From contig NIVC01004771.1 of assembly GCA_002269645.1 (NCBI GenBank), positions 1 to 35,366 on the forward strand: 35,366 nucleotides of DNA. Reading direction: 5' to 3'. A program made the position numbers and the translations under genes. Positions 1 to 11,825 of the stretch are shown piece by piece. The stretch comes from Macrostomum lignano. Lineage: Eukaryota. Below the pieces are notes generated by a model. It did not search any database. It was given only the letters and a program-made list of their open reading frames with translations, and was not told where the DNA came from. How positions within the stretch are numbered: position 1 is the first letter of the stretch; each line of letters opens with the position of its first letter.

Positions 1-46
1 AGTTTAGCACTACTGGCTTTCAATTATGTCCTTCTACCGAATCAGT

Positions 47-653
47 AGAGCAGAGCAGAGCAGAGCAGAGCAGAGCAGAGCAGAGCAGAGCGAGCAGAGC
101 AGAGCAGAGCAGAGCAGAGCAGAGCAGAGCAGAGCAGAGCAAGCAGAGCAGAGCAGAGCAGAGCAGAGCAGAGTAGAGTAGAGCAGAGCAGAGCAGAGCA
201 GAGCAGAGCAGAGCAGAGCAGAGCAGAGCAGAGCAGAGCAGAGCAGAGCAGAGCAGAGCAGAGCAGAGCAGAGCAGAGCAGAGCAGAGCAGAGCAGAGCA
301 GAGCAGAGCAGAGCAGAGCAGAGCAGAGCAGAGCAGAGCAGAGCAGAGCAGAGCAGAGCAGAGCAGAGCAGAGCAGAGCAGAGCGAGCAGAGCAGAGCAG
401 AGCAGAGCAAGAGCAGAGCAGAGCAGAGCAGAGCAGAGCAGAGCAGAGCAGAGCAGAGCAGAGCAGAGCAGAGCAGAGCAGAGCAGAGCAGAGCAGAGCA
501 GAGCAGAGCAGAGCAGAGCAGAGCAGAGCAGAGCAGAGCAGAGCAGAGCCAGAGCAGAGCAGAGCAGAGCAGAGCAGAGCAGAGCAGAGCAGAGCAGAGC
601 AGAGCAGAGCAGAGCAGAGCAGAGCAGAGCAGAGCAGACAGCAGCAGAGCAGA
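47..653. repeat. (CAGAG)n pentanucleotide microsatellite, ~120 units, in the Kv4 intron
   Basis: Near-perfect CAGAG tandem run with a few 1-nt slips; it generates the spurious LCSAL-repeat ORFs on the minus strand. Confidence 0.98.
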
Positions 654-1288
654 AGACTAATGGACCGAGCAGGACAAGACAGTACAGACAGAGGAGAGAG
701 GACAGTACAGAAGAGATCTGACCAGAAAGGAAACGAAGAGAAAAATCTTCCAAGCTTACATTCGGTTAAGCAATATCTGGCAATAGAAGCAGGATAGCCT
801 TGCAAAATAACGACTGCCAATAATCTGCATTTCTTGGGGCACATTGCCATTAATGTGATCGACAGCCTGTTGACAAGGGCCTGTGGATGATGAGGAAGGC
901 AGCCTCCCCGCCACAAACTGACCGGCCTGCTGCACTAAGAAATCGCCAAGCGCAGGGCGCAGCTCTCTGGAAGAGGCTGGCAAACAAGAAGCTTTTGGGG
1001 CTCGCGGCCAAGACAGCAGGAGAAGCGGATGGCGGTCTGGGGGGCAGAAGAAGGAAACGAGGGTGGAAGCGGGCGACCACAGTGGAGCTGGGGACAGGGG
1101 GTGGACAACCTGTCAGCTTGCGGTATAGAGCGAGTTCATGAATTAGTGATGTCCTCGGCAGTCAGGAAAGAGAAGATGGAGATTTCGGACACAGAAACAG
1201 AACAAGTCGGTCCGCGAGGAGGCGGTAGAAGAACTTTTTGATGCCGGAATTTAAAGAACCACTTGAATGCAAAGGAAAGTAAAACTAC

Positions 1289-2391
1289 CCCAGCGTTGTC
1301 ATGGTGACAACAGTGTACCAGAAGGCCGCTGGTATTGATACAAAGCCTGTTTTAGGCTGATTCTTCTCTGCATAATACATCACGGTAGCGAAGATGATGA
1401 CTGCCATTGTCATGGAGAACAATAAAAAGCCCAATTCGGAAACGCACGACTTCAAAGTGTAGCCCAGAATTCGAAGTCCCATGGAGTGCCTGGAAAACTT
1501 GAAGATGCGAAATACTCGAAAACCCTCAGCGTGACGAAAGCTCCGCTCAGGTCCTTATTATCCGGCATGAACAGTCCGATATAATAAGGCAGATAGCCAC
1601 GATATCGATGACACTCATCACTGCGCGCATTTGCTTCAGCCGCTCCGGGGCCGCGTACAGCCTGGCTAGGTATTCCACAGTGAAGATAAGCACACAGGCC
1701 GTGTCCAAGCAGAAGAATGCCTTGGTGAAGCGGTCTCCGCAAGCCAGCACAAGGTTGGTGCCGGGCTCAACTCCGCACGGGATTGTCTCAAACACGTTAG
1801 CGAGAACGGATACGGCAATGAAGAAGCCCGTCACGTAGTATATTACCAACGCAGTCGTCGAAGACTGGGGATTCTCGAACGCGCGCCAGAGCTTCTCCCG
1901 AGGCGTACTGTGCGGCATGGCGTTCTCGGCATCGGAGTCCTTGTCGTCAAACAGGCGCTCGTTATTCTCCCGCTTGCGATCCCTGTAGTCCTCGTAGCAA
2001 CAGTCGCCCATGATGTCCGGCATGATGCCGAAGAAGGCCAGCTCCTCATCGTAGGCCATGATGCACTCATTCTTGGGATAGTGCAGCCTGCCAGTGCGGT
2101 AGTAGGCCAGGATGTGGCGGAACAGGTCCGGGTCTCGGTCGAAGAAGTACTGCTTGCTGTCCTCATCGTAGAAGTACTCCTTCTCATCGCTGCCGAGCAG
2201 AGTGTCCGGGAACTTCTCCAGCGTGTTGCGCCACGTGACAAACTTGCGCCCGGAGACGCTGATGACCAGCTTCTCGTCCGATTTGTGATCCTCATCTCGC
2301 AGCGGGGCGGCGGCATCGGGCCCTGGGCCACCGGCACCCAGCCTATGGCCGCCGCCCTGGCAAAGGGAAGCCACGCAGCCACGGCGGCCAT
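1289..2391 (-). CDS. Shal: Shal/Kv4 voltage-gated K+ channel, first coding exon (N-terminus, T1, S1-S5, pore up to the first G of GYG); three -1 frameshifts in this assembly; remaining exons lie outside the window
   Basis: Starts [18 protein letters not shown] (Kv4 KChIP-binding N-terminus). T1 domain with the Kv4 Zn motif HX5C...CC (HYPKNEC...GDCC). After correction S4 reads [17 protein letters not shown], then [11 protein letters not shown] and [17 protein letters not shown], ending at donor GG|GTAGTT (1289/1288), the usual Kv4 intron position. The pieces sit in ORFs 1843-2391, 1547-2509, 1452-1742 and 1285-1482. Confidence 0.95.
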
Positions 2392-5149
2392 GCGCTGTCG
2401 TCGCTCGGTTCGTAATTAAAAAAATAATCACCCTGTCCTGCCTTTCGTTCTTACTGTCTGCTTTGCTGGCTTGTTTTCTTCTACGTCGACTCTGGATACA
2501 CTTGGGCAAAGCGCTACAAGTGTGGCACTGCTCCCGTTAGCTGAATCTTCAGTGAGAACCTGCTAGGAACGTTACTTTCCTGACTGCGCGCTCACTTCCT
2601 CCGGCAATTTTTCTGACGAAATTGGGCCCGGCTCTATAAATTGCTTTCGCGATACTTTGAGCACTCGCTTTTAAGAATATTAGAAAACTGTAGCGCGCCG
2701 CGATGCGGCTGAAGGAAGCGGTTGAACAGCCGGCGTGAGGAGTTGGCCAGAGGAGAGGAGAGCGCTAGAGATTATAGAGAGAAAGGTCTGCAGTGCAGAT
2801 AGAAGAGATCTCCGTTCTCCCATTGGTTGGCCAACTATAGCTAGGCTGCATCCCTAATCTCCCTAACGCAGATTGGGTGGGTGGTTGGGAAACGAATCCC
2901 AGAAAGTTATACCGTAGGATCAAATAAGATCCGCGCAAATTTAATTTGAAAAGACTAAGACTGAAAATCTTTGCGACTCATGCAAACTAATGGTTTAATA
3001 TACGAATATGCAACATGTACCTGACTACGAGGCAAAATAATTATTGCCTCCTTAAATGCTCCAAAGAATTCTGGCCCCGTAGATCCCTTTGTCACTTTTC
3101 TATTGTAGAAGCTGCAAGCATCATCCCATACTGTTACGAGAGCGTTTCAGTGGCAATTAGATGCTTCTACCAGAATAACTACCTAAGGTAATAGCCAGAT
3201 TTACTTAACTTGCGCTGATAAATAAACAAACGGAGGACGGAGCTAGGACTTCGGAAACATTTCAAAGGCTGGAGCTCTGCAGTTTTCCGCTTAAACTTCC
3301 CTTAAAGCAACTTATTAATAATAAAATATGAGCACAGTTCCCCGTTCCGAGTTTCTCCGATTTACTCTGCAGTTTCAAGTTCATTTTTAGGCTGACTGCC
3401 AATCTGCTTCTTAAGTGAAACTTCTTATTAGCCAGATTTCAAAGTTTTTATGATGGATACGCTTTACATTCGCTCAACGATACCTAAATACATCTTTGGT
3501 GACTTTGTTCGCGGCCGATCTTGAAAGGGGTGTGCCACAGGCTGAGGCTGCAGGAAGCAAAATATTGAAAGGGCGACATCTCCATGCTGCAAAGCATCCC
3601 ACCCATAAAAAATGGGAGGAGCGGTGCAACACAATCACTGGCCATTATACAATCGAAGACGATTGCAGTACATTGACATCATTGAATGACTAAAATTAAG
3701 GAATAAAACTCTGTTGAGGAAACACTATTGTATATGTTATTATTTAGCCTCGAATGTTACCTTAAACTAATAAATAGAATCAAACTAAACTTCAGACGGC
3801 GGTGTTATTGTGCGAACAATTCACTCAATATTAAAGCTTTCTTAGAAAAAACGAAATTTTCAAATTATAAACCAAACAACACTAACTCATGCACCTTTTT
3901 TTAATTCCTTACTTTTCTTCGTTAGTCGTTAAAGCTCGTTCAAAGTTTAGTAAATAACATTTAGGCGCTCTTTCAAATATTATAGTATTACAAAACTCGA
4001 GTACGATCGTACTTATAATGCATAAATTGACATATGCAAAATTGCCTTCTACTCTTGAATTATTTTTAAATACACTGAAATATATTGGCCAAACAGGCTT
4101 CTTGCCTGAGCCAAACTTACTTACTACTACTAACTAAAAAGCAATAGACTAGGCCTAATAATACACATGTCACAATTACAATTTAATAAATCAAAGTAAA
4201 AGTTTCATCCCAATCCATAGAAAGGCAGGAAAACTGTTCAAACTGACAAAATTTTAACCTCCGCTTTAAAATCACACCTTTGTGTTTAAATTGAAACCTA
4301 AGCCTCGAAGACTAGCACCATCACCACCTGGCATTTTTTGGAACAAAAAACCTAGGACATAGGGTAGGGTAGGGTAGGCATTTTAAGAATATTTTAACCC
4401 ATCACTTATTTAGTATTAATAGCCTTTTTATCATAACTTTTATAATAAGAATTAAAAAACTATTTAATAATTAGAGTCAAAACCAAAAAATCAGTGACAG
4501 TGGGATACAAGGCCAAAATAGGTATATTTATAAGACATTAAATTAGAAATTATTAATGCAAATAAGAAAGAGAGATAAGATATTTAACTATTAAAAAGGT
4601 AAGATTGAAAAGTCTACTAGAAAGTAGCAAAAAATGAAGTAAGAATAAAAAGATTAAAGGCAGAGAAAGCAAAAAACAAAATAGGCCTAAGCAAATACAA
4701 GTTTAATAAATACACTAAAAATGACCAAGACATTTCTTGAAAAAAATGATATGTCATATTTTTTTATTTTTTAAGTTTATATTAAAACTGTTGAATTCTT
4801 TATCTTTTTAGGTCTATAACTATATTTAAGTATCTTTTTACTAAAAATATAATTGTAAAAAATAACTATGGCTTAATTTAAAATGATCATATTGTAGAGC
4901 ACCTTTATTATTCTCTAAATCCCACCGCAATCACCAAGTTGTTGTAGGGGGGGGGGTTTGGCTGTAATTCTAGAATTTTATTATATTAGCTTATTGGATT
5001 CGTTATGAACTACTAAAATACGGTGTTACTGAGGCAAGGCTATGGGCTTTCACGTAAGCATGGATTGCCCTGGTAGCGCGCAGTGCCCGAGCGGCAAGAC
5101 ACTGTTCAGCTAGGGGGAGAGGGGGGGTGATTAAGTCCTAAAGCAGCGT

Positions 5150-5445
5150 CCTCCAATGGATCGAGTTTGCCCAGTGAGTTTCAATTTCCTCTTACGGATT
5201 TTCTTTTGTCATATATGACTTTCCATTGGTTGTTCAGTTCGAACAGTTTATTTGGATATTCCTCCTCTTTCTATTGGCTGATTACGCCCCTGCTCTTTGC
5301 TAGTACACTATTGGCTCTTCGACAATTCGTCTCTTGCTCTTGGTAATTTCTACCTCTAGTCCAATGAGCATTCGCTCTTAGTTTTTAGCAAATGAAGGAA
5401 GGTTTGGAACGCTTCTTCAATTTTATAGGCAATTCGCCTATGAAC
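5150..5445. promoter_or_regulatory. Cluster of five CCAAT/ATTGG boxes plus a small hairpin (possible NF-Y array)
   Basis: CCAAT 5153 and 5361; ATTGG 5225, 5273, 5310; hairpin ATAGGC-AATTC-GCCTAT at 5425-5441. No linked transcript demonstrated. Confidence 0.3.
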
Positions 5446-5869
5446 CAAAAGATCTAAAACTTCGGTTGCCTCTCTGGGCACAAAATTCGCTTCTATTTAT
5501 ACTAAAATTGGGGTGGGGAACAAGACGCATTTAAAAAAAGTTCTAAAAATATACGTTTCCATAGTAAAGGCGGGAATTTAAAACTTGGCCTCTCTCAATC
5601 ATATTTTTATAATTATAGCTATAGCTGTTGAAACCTGCAGATTTTTAACCCAGGCCAGGGAATTCCAATCATCAGAACTAGAGTATTTTTGCATGTATTC
5701 TGAAATCTGAGTCCATATTCAAAAAAACTTGTTAATAGTTAGCAGGATAGAGATAAATATAAAATGGAAAATATTTATGTAAAATTAGGATTTGAACTTG
5801 AAGCAAACATTTGTTGGCTGGGGTGCTGCGCAGAATGTCAGGCAATGTCTGTCTGACTCTTAAAACATG

Positions 5870-7205
5870 TTATCTCTTTTTTCTTTTCTCCTCTTCTCTC
5901 CTTTCTCCTCTCTTCTCTCGTATCCTCCCTCATCTCTCTTCTCTTTCATCTCTCTTATCTCATCTCTTCTCTCTACTTTTCTTGCTTTATTCCTTTCCTC
6001 TCTCCCCCTCTTCTCTCATCTCTTCCTTCTCTTCTCTATTTTCTCTCCTCTCTTCTCTCCCGTCTGCTCTCTCATCTCTCCTTTCTCCTCTTTTATCTCT
6101 TCTCATTTCTCTTTGCTCTCTACTCTCTCTTCTCTTTCCCCTCTTCTCATTCCTCACTCTTCCCTCTTTTAACACTTCCCTCTTCTCTTGTCTCTCCCTT
6201 ATCTCAACTCTTTCCTCGCTTTCTCTCTCTCCTTTCATTTCTTCTCTTCTTCCCTCTCTCCTCTCTTCTCTCGTCTCTTCCATCACCTCTCTTCTCTCTC
6301 GTCTTTTCTTTCTCATCACTCCTTTTTCTTCTTTTATCTTTTCTTTCTTATCTCTTTTCTTTCTTATCTCTTCTCATTTCTCTCTGCTCTCCTCCCTCTC
6401 TTTCTCTTTCTCTCTCACTCTCTCTGTCTTTCTCTCTAATCTCTCCTCTTCCATCTCTCTTCTCCTCTCTACTCTCTTCCCTCTCCTCTCTCCTCACTCA
6501 CGTCTCTCTCCCTTTGTTTCTCCTCTTGTCTCTGTACTCTGTAATCTCTTCTCTCTTATCTCTCCTCCGTTCTCTCTACCCTTCCATCTCTCGTCTGTTC
6601 ACTCTCGTCTCTGCTCTCTCATCCCCCTCTTTCATCTGTCATCTTTACTGTCTTATATGTTCTCTCACCTCTCTCCTCTGTACTCTATTCTTTCCCCTTT
6701 TTTGACTCCTCACTTTCCTTTCGCCTTTCTTCTTTTCTCTTCTTCTCTCTCTTCTCTTCTCTTCTCTCTTCCTCTTCTATACTCTCTCCCTCTCTTGTCT
6801 CCTCTCTTCTCTCTTCTCTTTCTCCCCACTTTCCTCTCTCCTCCGTCTCTCATTTCTCATTTCTTATCTCTCCTTACTCCTCTTTCATCTCTACAACCTT
6901 ATCTCTTTTCTCTTCCCTTTACTCTCTCATCTCTCCCTTCACCTTTTTCCTCTTTCCTCTCTCCTTTCCTCTCTCCTGTCTCCTGTCTTCTCTCATCTGC
7001 AGCTCTCTGCTCTCTCATCTCTACTCTCTTCTCTCTCCTCTCTACTCGCTCCTCTCTACTCTCTACTCTCTCCCCTCTTCTCCCCTCTCTCTCTCATCGT
7101 CCTCACCCCCTCATCTCTCCTATTATCTTCTATCTTTTCTCTTTGTCCCCCCTCTCACCTCTCCTCTCTTTTCGAATAATTGTCTATTCCTTCTTTCCAC
7201 TCTCA
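5870..7205. repeat. ~1.3-kb imperfect CT-rich polypyrimidine low-complexity tract
   Basis: Plus strand is almost entirely C/T (CTCT, TCTTCTC motifs); source of the spurious S/L/F-rich and E/R-rich ORFs. Confidence 0.95.
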
Positions 7206-7679
7206 TCTGCCCCTCGGCCATGAGCTGGATTCTTTATCTGGCCTTTGAGGTAAAAGTCTGCCCATTTCTGCTTGGAAAGCCAGTTTGTTGGACGTAGTAC
7301 TCTCATGGTTGTTCACATGCTTTGATCACGTCATCTTTCTGGCCAATTTGCAGCTCTGCAAAGAATTTGCGTAACTTCAGCTCCACTGCAGTCTGTATCA
7401 GTCTAACAACCAAGGAAATACGCATTTCTGAGGAGGCCGTAAACTTAAATTTTAGAGTACCTTAGAGACTTAAGTGAAACTTATTGTTAAAACTTCAATG
7501 GTGTGGCTTGTACTGCATTGCAATTGCATCGCTTTTTCAATCTTTCGCTTTTACAAAACATGCTGGATTGCCTTGATTTGCCAATTGCCAGTCACTGTTC
7601 AACTTCAACTGCTGCAGAGTTTGCCGATACAGACAGAGGACAGTGGTTAGAATTTCTCACTAAACTGTTATGGATGGCT

Positions 7680-8017
7680 AAACGTAGCCTCTCCATCGAG
7701 GTGCAAAGAAGGTTTACACACAGCACACAGACAATAGTTTAAGATTGTCTGTGTCAAATTTGAAGAGAATCGGTAGAAGTGGAGCGGCGCTAGGGAGGAT
7801 TTAGTGAAAAAATGGCGCATTTTGAGCAGTTTTTTGCACTTTTAGGTAGGAAGACTCAAATTTAGGAAATTCAAAGGTAGCCTAAGACATTCTCCGTAGT
7901 GAGTTTAGGGTGGGTGCAAAATTCGGTGCAATTTGGTTGAGCGGTTTGGGAGTCCATAGCGAACAAATTTGTACACAGACACACACACACAGAGTTTTGA
8001 TTTTTATATGTAGAGAT
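7680..8017 (+). mobile_element. Probable non-autonomous Helitron-like (Lep1/HINE-type) 3' remnant
   Basis: Two sub-repeats of the form GTAGCCT...GTG(T/C)CAAA(T/A)TT...TCGGT, then GGTTGAGCGGTTT, a (CA)n microsatellite and TTTTTATATGTAGAGAT. This resembles Lep1-type Helitron 3' ends as I recall them; no database comparison was possible. Confidence 0.4.
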
Positions 8018-8561
8018 AAACAGTTGTTTTCTATGGCCAGTGGTATACACAAGGAGAAAGGTGACAAAAAATTGCCTGGGAGGCTGACAGAGATCTGGGG
8101 TATAGCAGTGGTCTATTACCACCCGCATACCCCCTTCTGTCTGTATGCACTTCCCCCTCCCCCCCTAATGTGGCAGTCTTCCCAATGGAAAATCCTAAGT
8201 ATGCCACTGCACTGTTTATGGCTATACAATATCCTTCCCAAACCTATACTAAATGTCTAATATCTGTTTGTTGTTAATGGTCTAGAGAATGAACTAGTTT
8301 ATCAATTTTGATAATATTTTTGCCCAAACATTTCTATTTGTCTAGAAATAAGACAGCTAAAAGTTACTTTAATATACTTCTTAACAACAAGTTTTATAAT
8401 GTTTTTTGTATCTAAAGCCAAAAAATACTTTGAAGTCATCCAAATAAAGTGCCTTCTAAATTAGCTTTGTAATTATGTTGGGCCTATCTAAAGAGTTGCC
8501 CTCCACATCAAGACCAGTGGTTTTCCCATTTTTCATGCCCTATTGAGCTCCCAGTTGCCAG

Positions 8562-8675
8562 ATGGATGTGCAAGTGAAGAAGAGCCACAAGGTGAAGGGC
8601 GTTCGCCAGAAGTTAAAGCTATTTCGATCCAGCGAGCCTCTCAAATCCGTCATTATGTGGGGCATCAACCATTCG
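8562..8675 (+). CDS. PIP4K2: PIP4K2-like phosphatidylinositol 5-phosphate 4-kinase, exon 1
   Basis: [38 protein letters not shown] matches PIP4K2 [23 protein letters not shown]; donor GTATGC at 8676, phase 0. Confidence 0.93.
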
Positions 8676-8774
8676 GTATGCCTGCCTGTTCTAATTCGAC
8701 TACTACTAGCCACTTAAGTAGTATGATAAATACTGCTTTTATTTAACCAATACTGAAACACTGCCAAATTGCAG

Positions 8775-8872
8775 CTAATTCAGCTTAGCCATGTCACCAA
8801 GCGAACAATGCTGCTGCCAGACGACTTCAAGAGCTTCCAGAAAGTCAAGGTGGACAATTATTTATTTAACAA
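8775..8872 (+). CDS. PIP4K2: PIP4K2-like exon 2
   Basis: CAG|LIQLSHVTKRTMLLPDDFKSFQKVKVDNYLFN(K)|GTGAGT; 98 nt, phase 0 to 2; matches MLMPDDFKAYSKIKVDNHLFNK. Confidence 0.95.
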
Positions 8873-9337
8873 GTGAGTTTTTTATGGTGTGCGCTGTAGT
8901 CCCACAGCCAGCGCTAAAAGCAGTTCTGCCCATTCCGCTGACATGCGCACCAATACTGTACCATGCATGCGCAAGCCCGCTGATTTACACTGGCCGTGTG
9001 ACCTACTTTTTGACAAAAATGCGACTTACCTATGAAAAACTAATAATTAATGTAATGTTGGGTAAACGGCTGGAGTATCTATTACTGTATTATGAAGGTA
9101 AAATACCTCGTCATCTAATTAGTACTACGTCTATTTAGGGTGGGCATTTTTGTGATTTACCTTGGCATGTACGCCATCAAAGCAGAAAAAAATCGATAAT
9201 ATGCAAGATAATCAGGATAAATATAAATGTCATATTGTGTCATAAACGCTACTATAAGTAAAACAATAGTTACAACACAGCAGAGTAGTTGATTTATCAA
9301 TGTTCAAATACAATCCTGCACCACTATTCTCTCGCAG

Positions 9338-9670
9338 AGACAACATGCCGAGCAAGTTCAAGTTCAAGGAGTACTGTCCCATGGTGTTCCAAGAGTTGCG
9401 CTCCAAATTTGGTATTGACTCTCTGCACTATGCAGACAGTTGGACTAAACGCCAGCCAATTAGGGACAGCTCGCAGAACATGATTTGGTCGTGCAATTTG
9501 CACTACGTTATTAAAACAATATCTAGCGAAGAGGTCGAACAGGTGCACAATATTCTGCAGGCCTATCACGCTTATATTGTTGAACGATCGGCGGATACCC
9601 TGCTGCCTCAGTTCGTGGGCATGTACAGGGCCACCGTGGAGGATACCGAGCACTATCTGCTGGTTATGCG
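9338..9670 (+). CDS. PIP4K2: PIP4K2-like exon 3
   Basis: CAG|DNMPSKFKFKEYCPMVF...YVIKTISSEEV...LLPQFVGMYR...LLVM(R)|GTGAGT; 333 nt, phase 2 to 2; contains the VIK catalytic lysine. Confidence 0.96.
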
Positions 9671-9749
9671 GTGAGTGGGCGGTTCCTCATTGGAAATTGG
9701 TTATCTAGGGAAATTATTGGGGATGGGGACCGTGAAGAGGTTGGGTCCT

Positions 9750-10505
9750 CCCTGAAGCACCGTGATGAGATGGCGCCCTCTCTGAAGCACCGTGAGGAGA
9801 TGGCGCCCTCTCTGAAGCGGGGATGGTGCCCTCACTGAAGCACCGTGAAGGGAAGGCGCCCTCTCTGAAGCATCGTGAAGGGAAGGCGCCCTCTCTGAAG
9901 CACCGTGAGGCGATGGCGCCCTCTCTGAAGCATCGTGTGGGGATGGGGATGGCGCCCTCACTGAAGCACCGTGAGGCGATGGCGCCCTCTCTGAAGCACC
10001 GTAAGGGGATGGCGCCCTCACTGAAGCCTCGTGAGGGGATGGCGCTCTCACTGAAGCATTGTGAGTAGATGGCGCCCTCTCTGAAGCACCGTGAAGCGAT
10101 GGCGCCCTCTCTGAAGCACCGTGAAGCGATGGCGCCCTCTCTGAAGCGGAGATGGCGCCCTCTTTGAAGGGGGAATGGTGCCCGAATTTGAGGGGATGGT
10201 GCCCTCACTGAAGCACCGTGAGGGGATGGCGCCCTCTAAAGCGGGGATAGCGTCCTCTCTGACGCACCGTGAGTGGATGGCGTCCTCTCTGACGCACTGT
10301 GAGGGGATGGCGTCCTCTCTGACGCACCGTGAGTGGATGGCGTCCTCTCTGACGCACCGTGAGGGGATAGCGTCCTCTCTGACGCACCGTGAGGCGATGG
10401 CGTCCTCTTTGACGCACCCTAAGGAGATGGCGCTCTCTCTGAAGCAAACGTCAGGGAATCGCGCCCTCATTGAAGCACCAGAAGGGATGGCATCTATCCA
10501 TGAAG
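9750..10505. repeat. 30-bp minisatellite (ATGGCGCCCTCTCTGAAGCACCGTGAGGCG-type), ~24 units, PIP4K intron 3
   Basis: Tandem units; the 5' block has GCGCCC/GAAGCAC and the 3' block (~10245-10430) has GCGTCC/GACGCAC variants. Confidence 0.95.
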
Positions 10506-10590
10506 CACCTATATAATACCCTTATAGGCAATTTACTAGCCTTAACTTGGCTTCAATTATCTATAAAAAAACTTGAAACCCCTTCCCCAG

Positions 10591-10702
10591 CTCCGTGTTC
10601 AGCGCCGATGTAAAAATCCACCGCAAATACGACCTCAAGGGCAGTCGCATATCTCGGGAAGCAACCGAGAAAGAGAAGGCTAAAGAGCTGCCTACGCTGA
10701 AG
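10591..10702 (+). CDS. PIP4K2: PIP4K2-like exon 4
   Basis: CCCCAG|(R)[37 protein letters not shown]|GTATGC; 112 nt; YDLKGS motif. Not in the supplied ORF track. Confidence 0.96.
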
Positions 10703-11169
10703 GTATGCAATCTGGGTTTAGACTGCAGTTATACTTAAACACCCTATTCGTAGGGCCCATTGAAAGCGTTACCGTGACCAGAATTGCTAAAGACTCTAGC
10801 GACTCTTGCAACTTTTTAACCACTCAAACGACTGTAATGCGACAGTGAAGCGACTGTTGAGTCACGAGCGCATCACGTGAGTTGCAGAATCGTAAAAAAG
10901 TCGTCTTAAAGTTGTGTTAGCGCTTAAATTTCTACTAAATCAAGTAGACTAAATAGAGTTGTTATATAAATGCGGAATGCGATTCTAATTCATAAAGTGA
11001 CCCAGATGCGCTTTAGACGCAACCCAGTGATTCTGCAGCGACTTTGACACGCCTCAGATACGACTCCACGGCCCCAAAGTCAGAGTCAGAAGAGCCTCAA
11101 ATTGACTCTTAGGCAAAATTCTTTGACGACTTGTGGCGACTTGTACCGGGGCATCTAGTCGTTTTAGAG

Positions 11170-11625
11170 CACAGATACTAAAATAACTAGATGGGCCACT
11201 CAGCACATTTGCGTGTAAGCTACTTTCAGTTCAGTAGTAAGTTAAACAGATGCATTTTAATGCATTTTTAAAGCCAAAGCTCATTTATTGGCTCTTACCC
11301 CCCCCCCAGCTTAAACCATCCAACCGAGCCTTTCCACACTACTCCACCCCGCCCCGCCCCAATTTTTATTGCCTTTCTCGGAATTCCAGCCTAAAGCTGC
11401 CATGTACATTTCAGTGGACTGGCTAATGTACATTATTGCTGAACCAATTAGCAAGCTGTTTACGCCTGCAAGCCTGGGCTTCTAAACTTATCAAAGTCAT
11501 TTCAGCTGCCTTTATTTTTTATAAATTTGCTTACGTATTCTTCTTTGCTACTGAACTGAAAGTAGAAAGCTGTTTTACTAAGTATATGTGCCTGAGTGGC
11601 CCATCTAGTTATTTTAGTATCTGTG
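11170..11625. mobile_element. MITE copy 1 (456 bp), non-autonomous TIR element, P- or hAT-like
   Basis: ~34-bp TIR CACAGATACTAAAATAACTAGATGGGCCACTCAG / CTGAGTGGCCCATCTAGTTATTTTAGTATCTGTG; perfect 8-bp TSD TTTTAGAG (11162-11169 and 11626-11633); subterminal inverted ACTTTCAGTTCAGTAG. Confidence 0.9.
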
Positions 11626-11825
11626 TTTTAGAGTAATCTAGAGTCACTTCTTTTCTATTTTACCTGTATGTGCTGGGTCTCTGCGTGCGTATCCGTGTGC
11701 TTGTGCAACTTCAGTGGCAGTGGAATGTGAACTAGCTAACCAAATAACCGTCACAACGCGGGTTGATCATCTGCGTAGCCAGAACATCATCCGACATCGA
11801 CTTCCCGACAAAACCAAACCGACAG

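Noticed and set aside
20-916. Long LCSAL-repeat ORFs (298, 239, 122 aa)
   Set aside because: Translations of the (CTCTG)n microsatellite; no independent coding signal.
756-983. Possible Kv4 exon 2 (NGNVPQEMQIIGS loosely like YGDMVPKTIAGKIFGS), with a GTAAGC donor near 760
   Set aside because: No YGD and no S6 PVPVIV motif; similarity is at chance level. The true downstream exons are probably beyond position 1.
3496-3693. 65-aa ORF, and other short AT-rich ORFs (13755-14036, 15330-15644)
   Set aside because: No recognisable motifs; alternative frames are full of stops; at most decayed TE remnants.
5811-7223. 470-aa S/L/F-rich ORF resembling a membrane protein
   Set aside because: A pyrimidine tract lacks stop codons by composition; starts at TTG; no domain.
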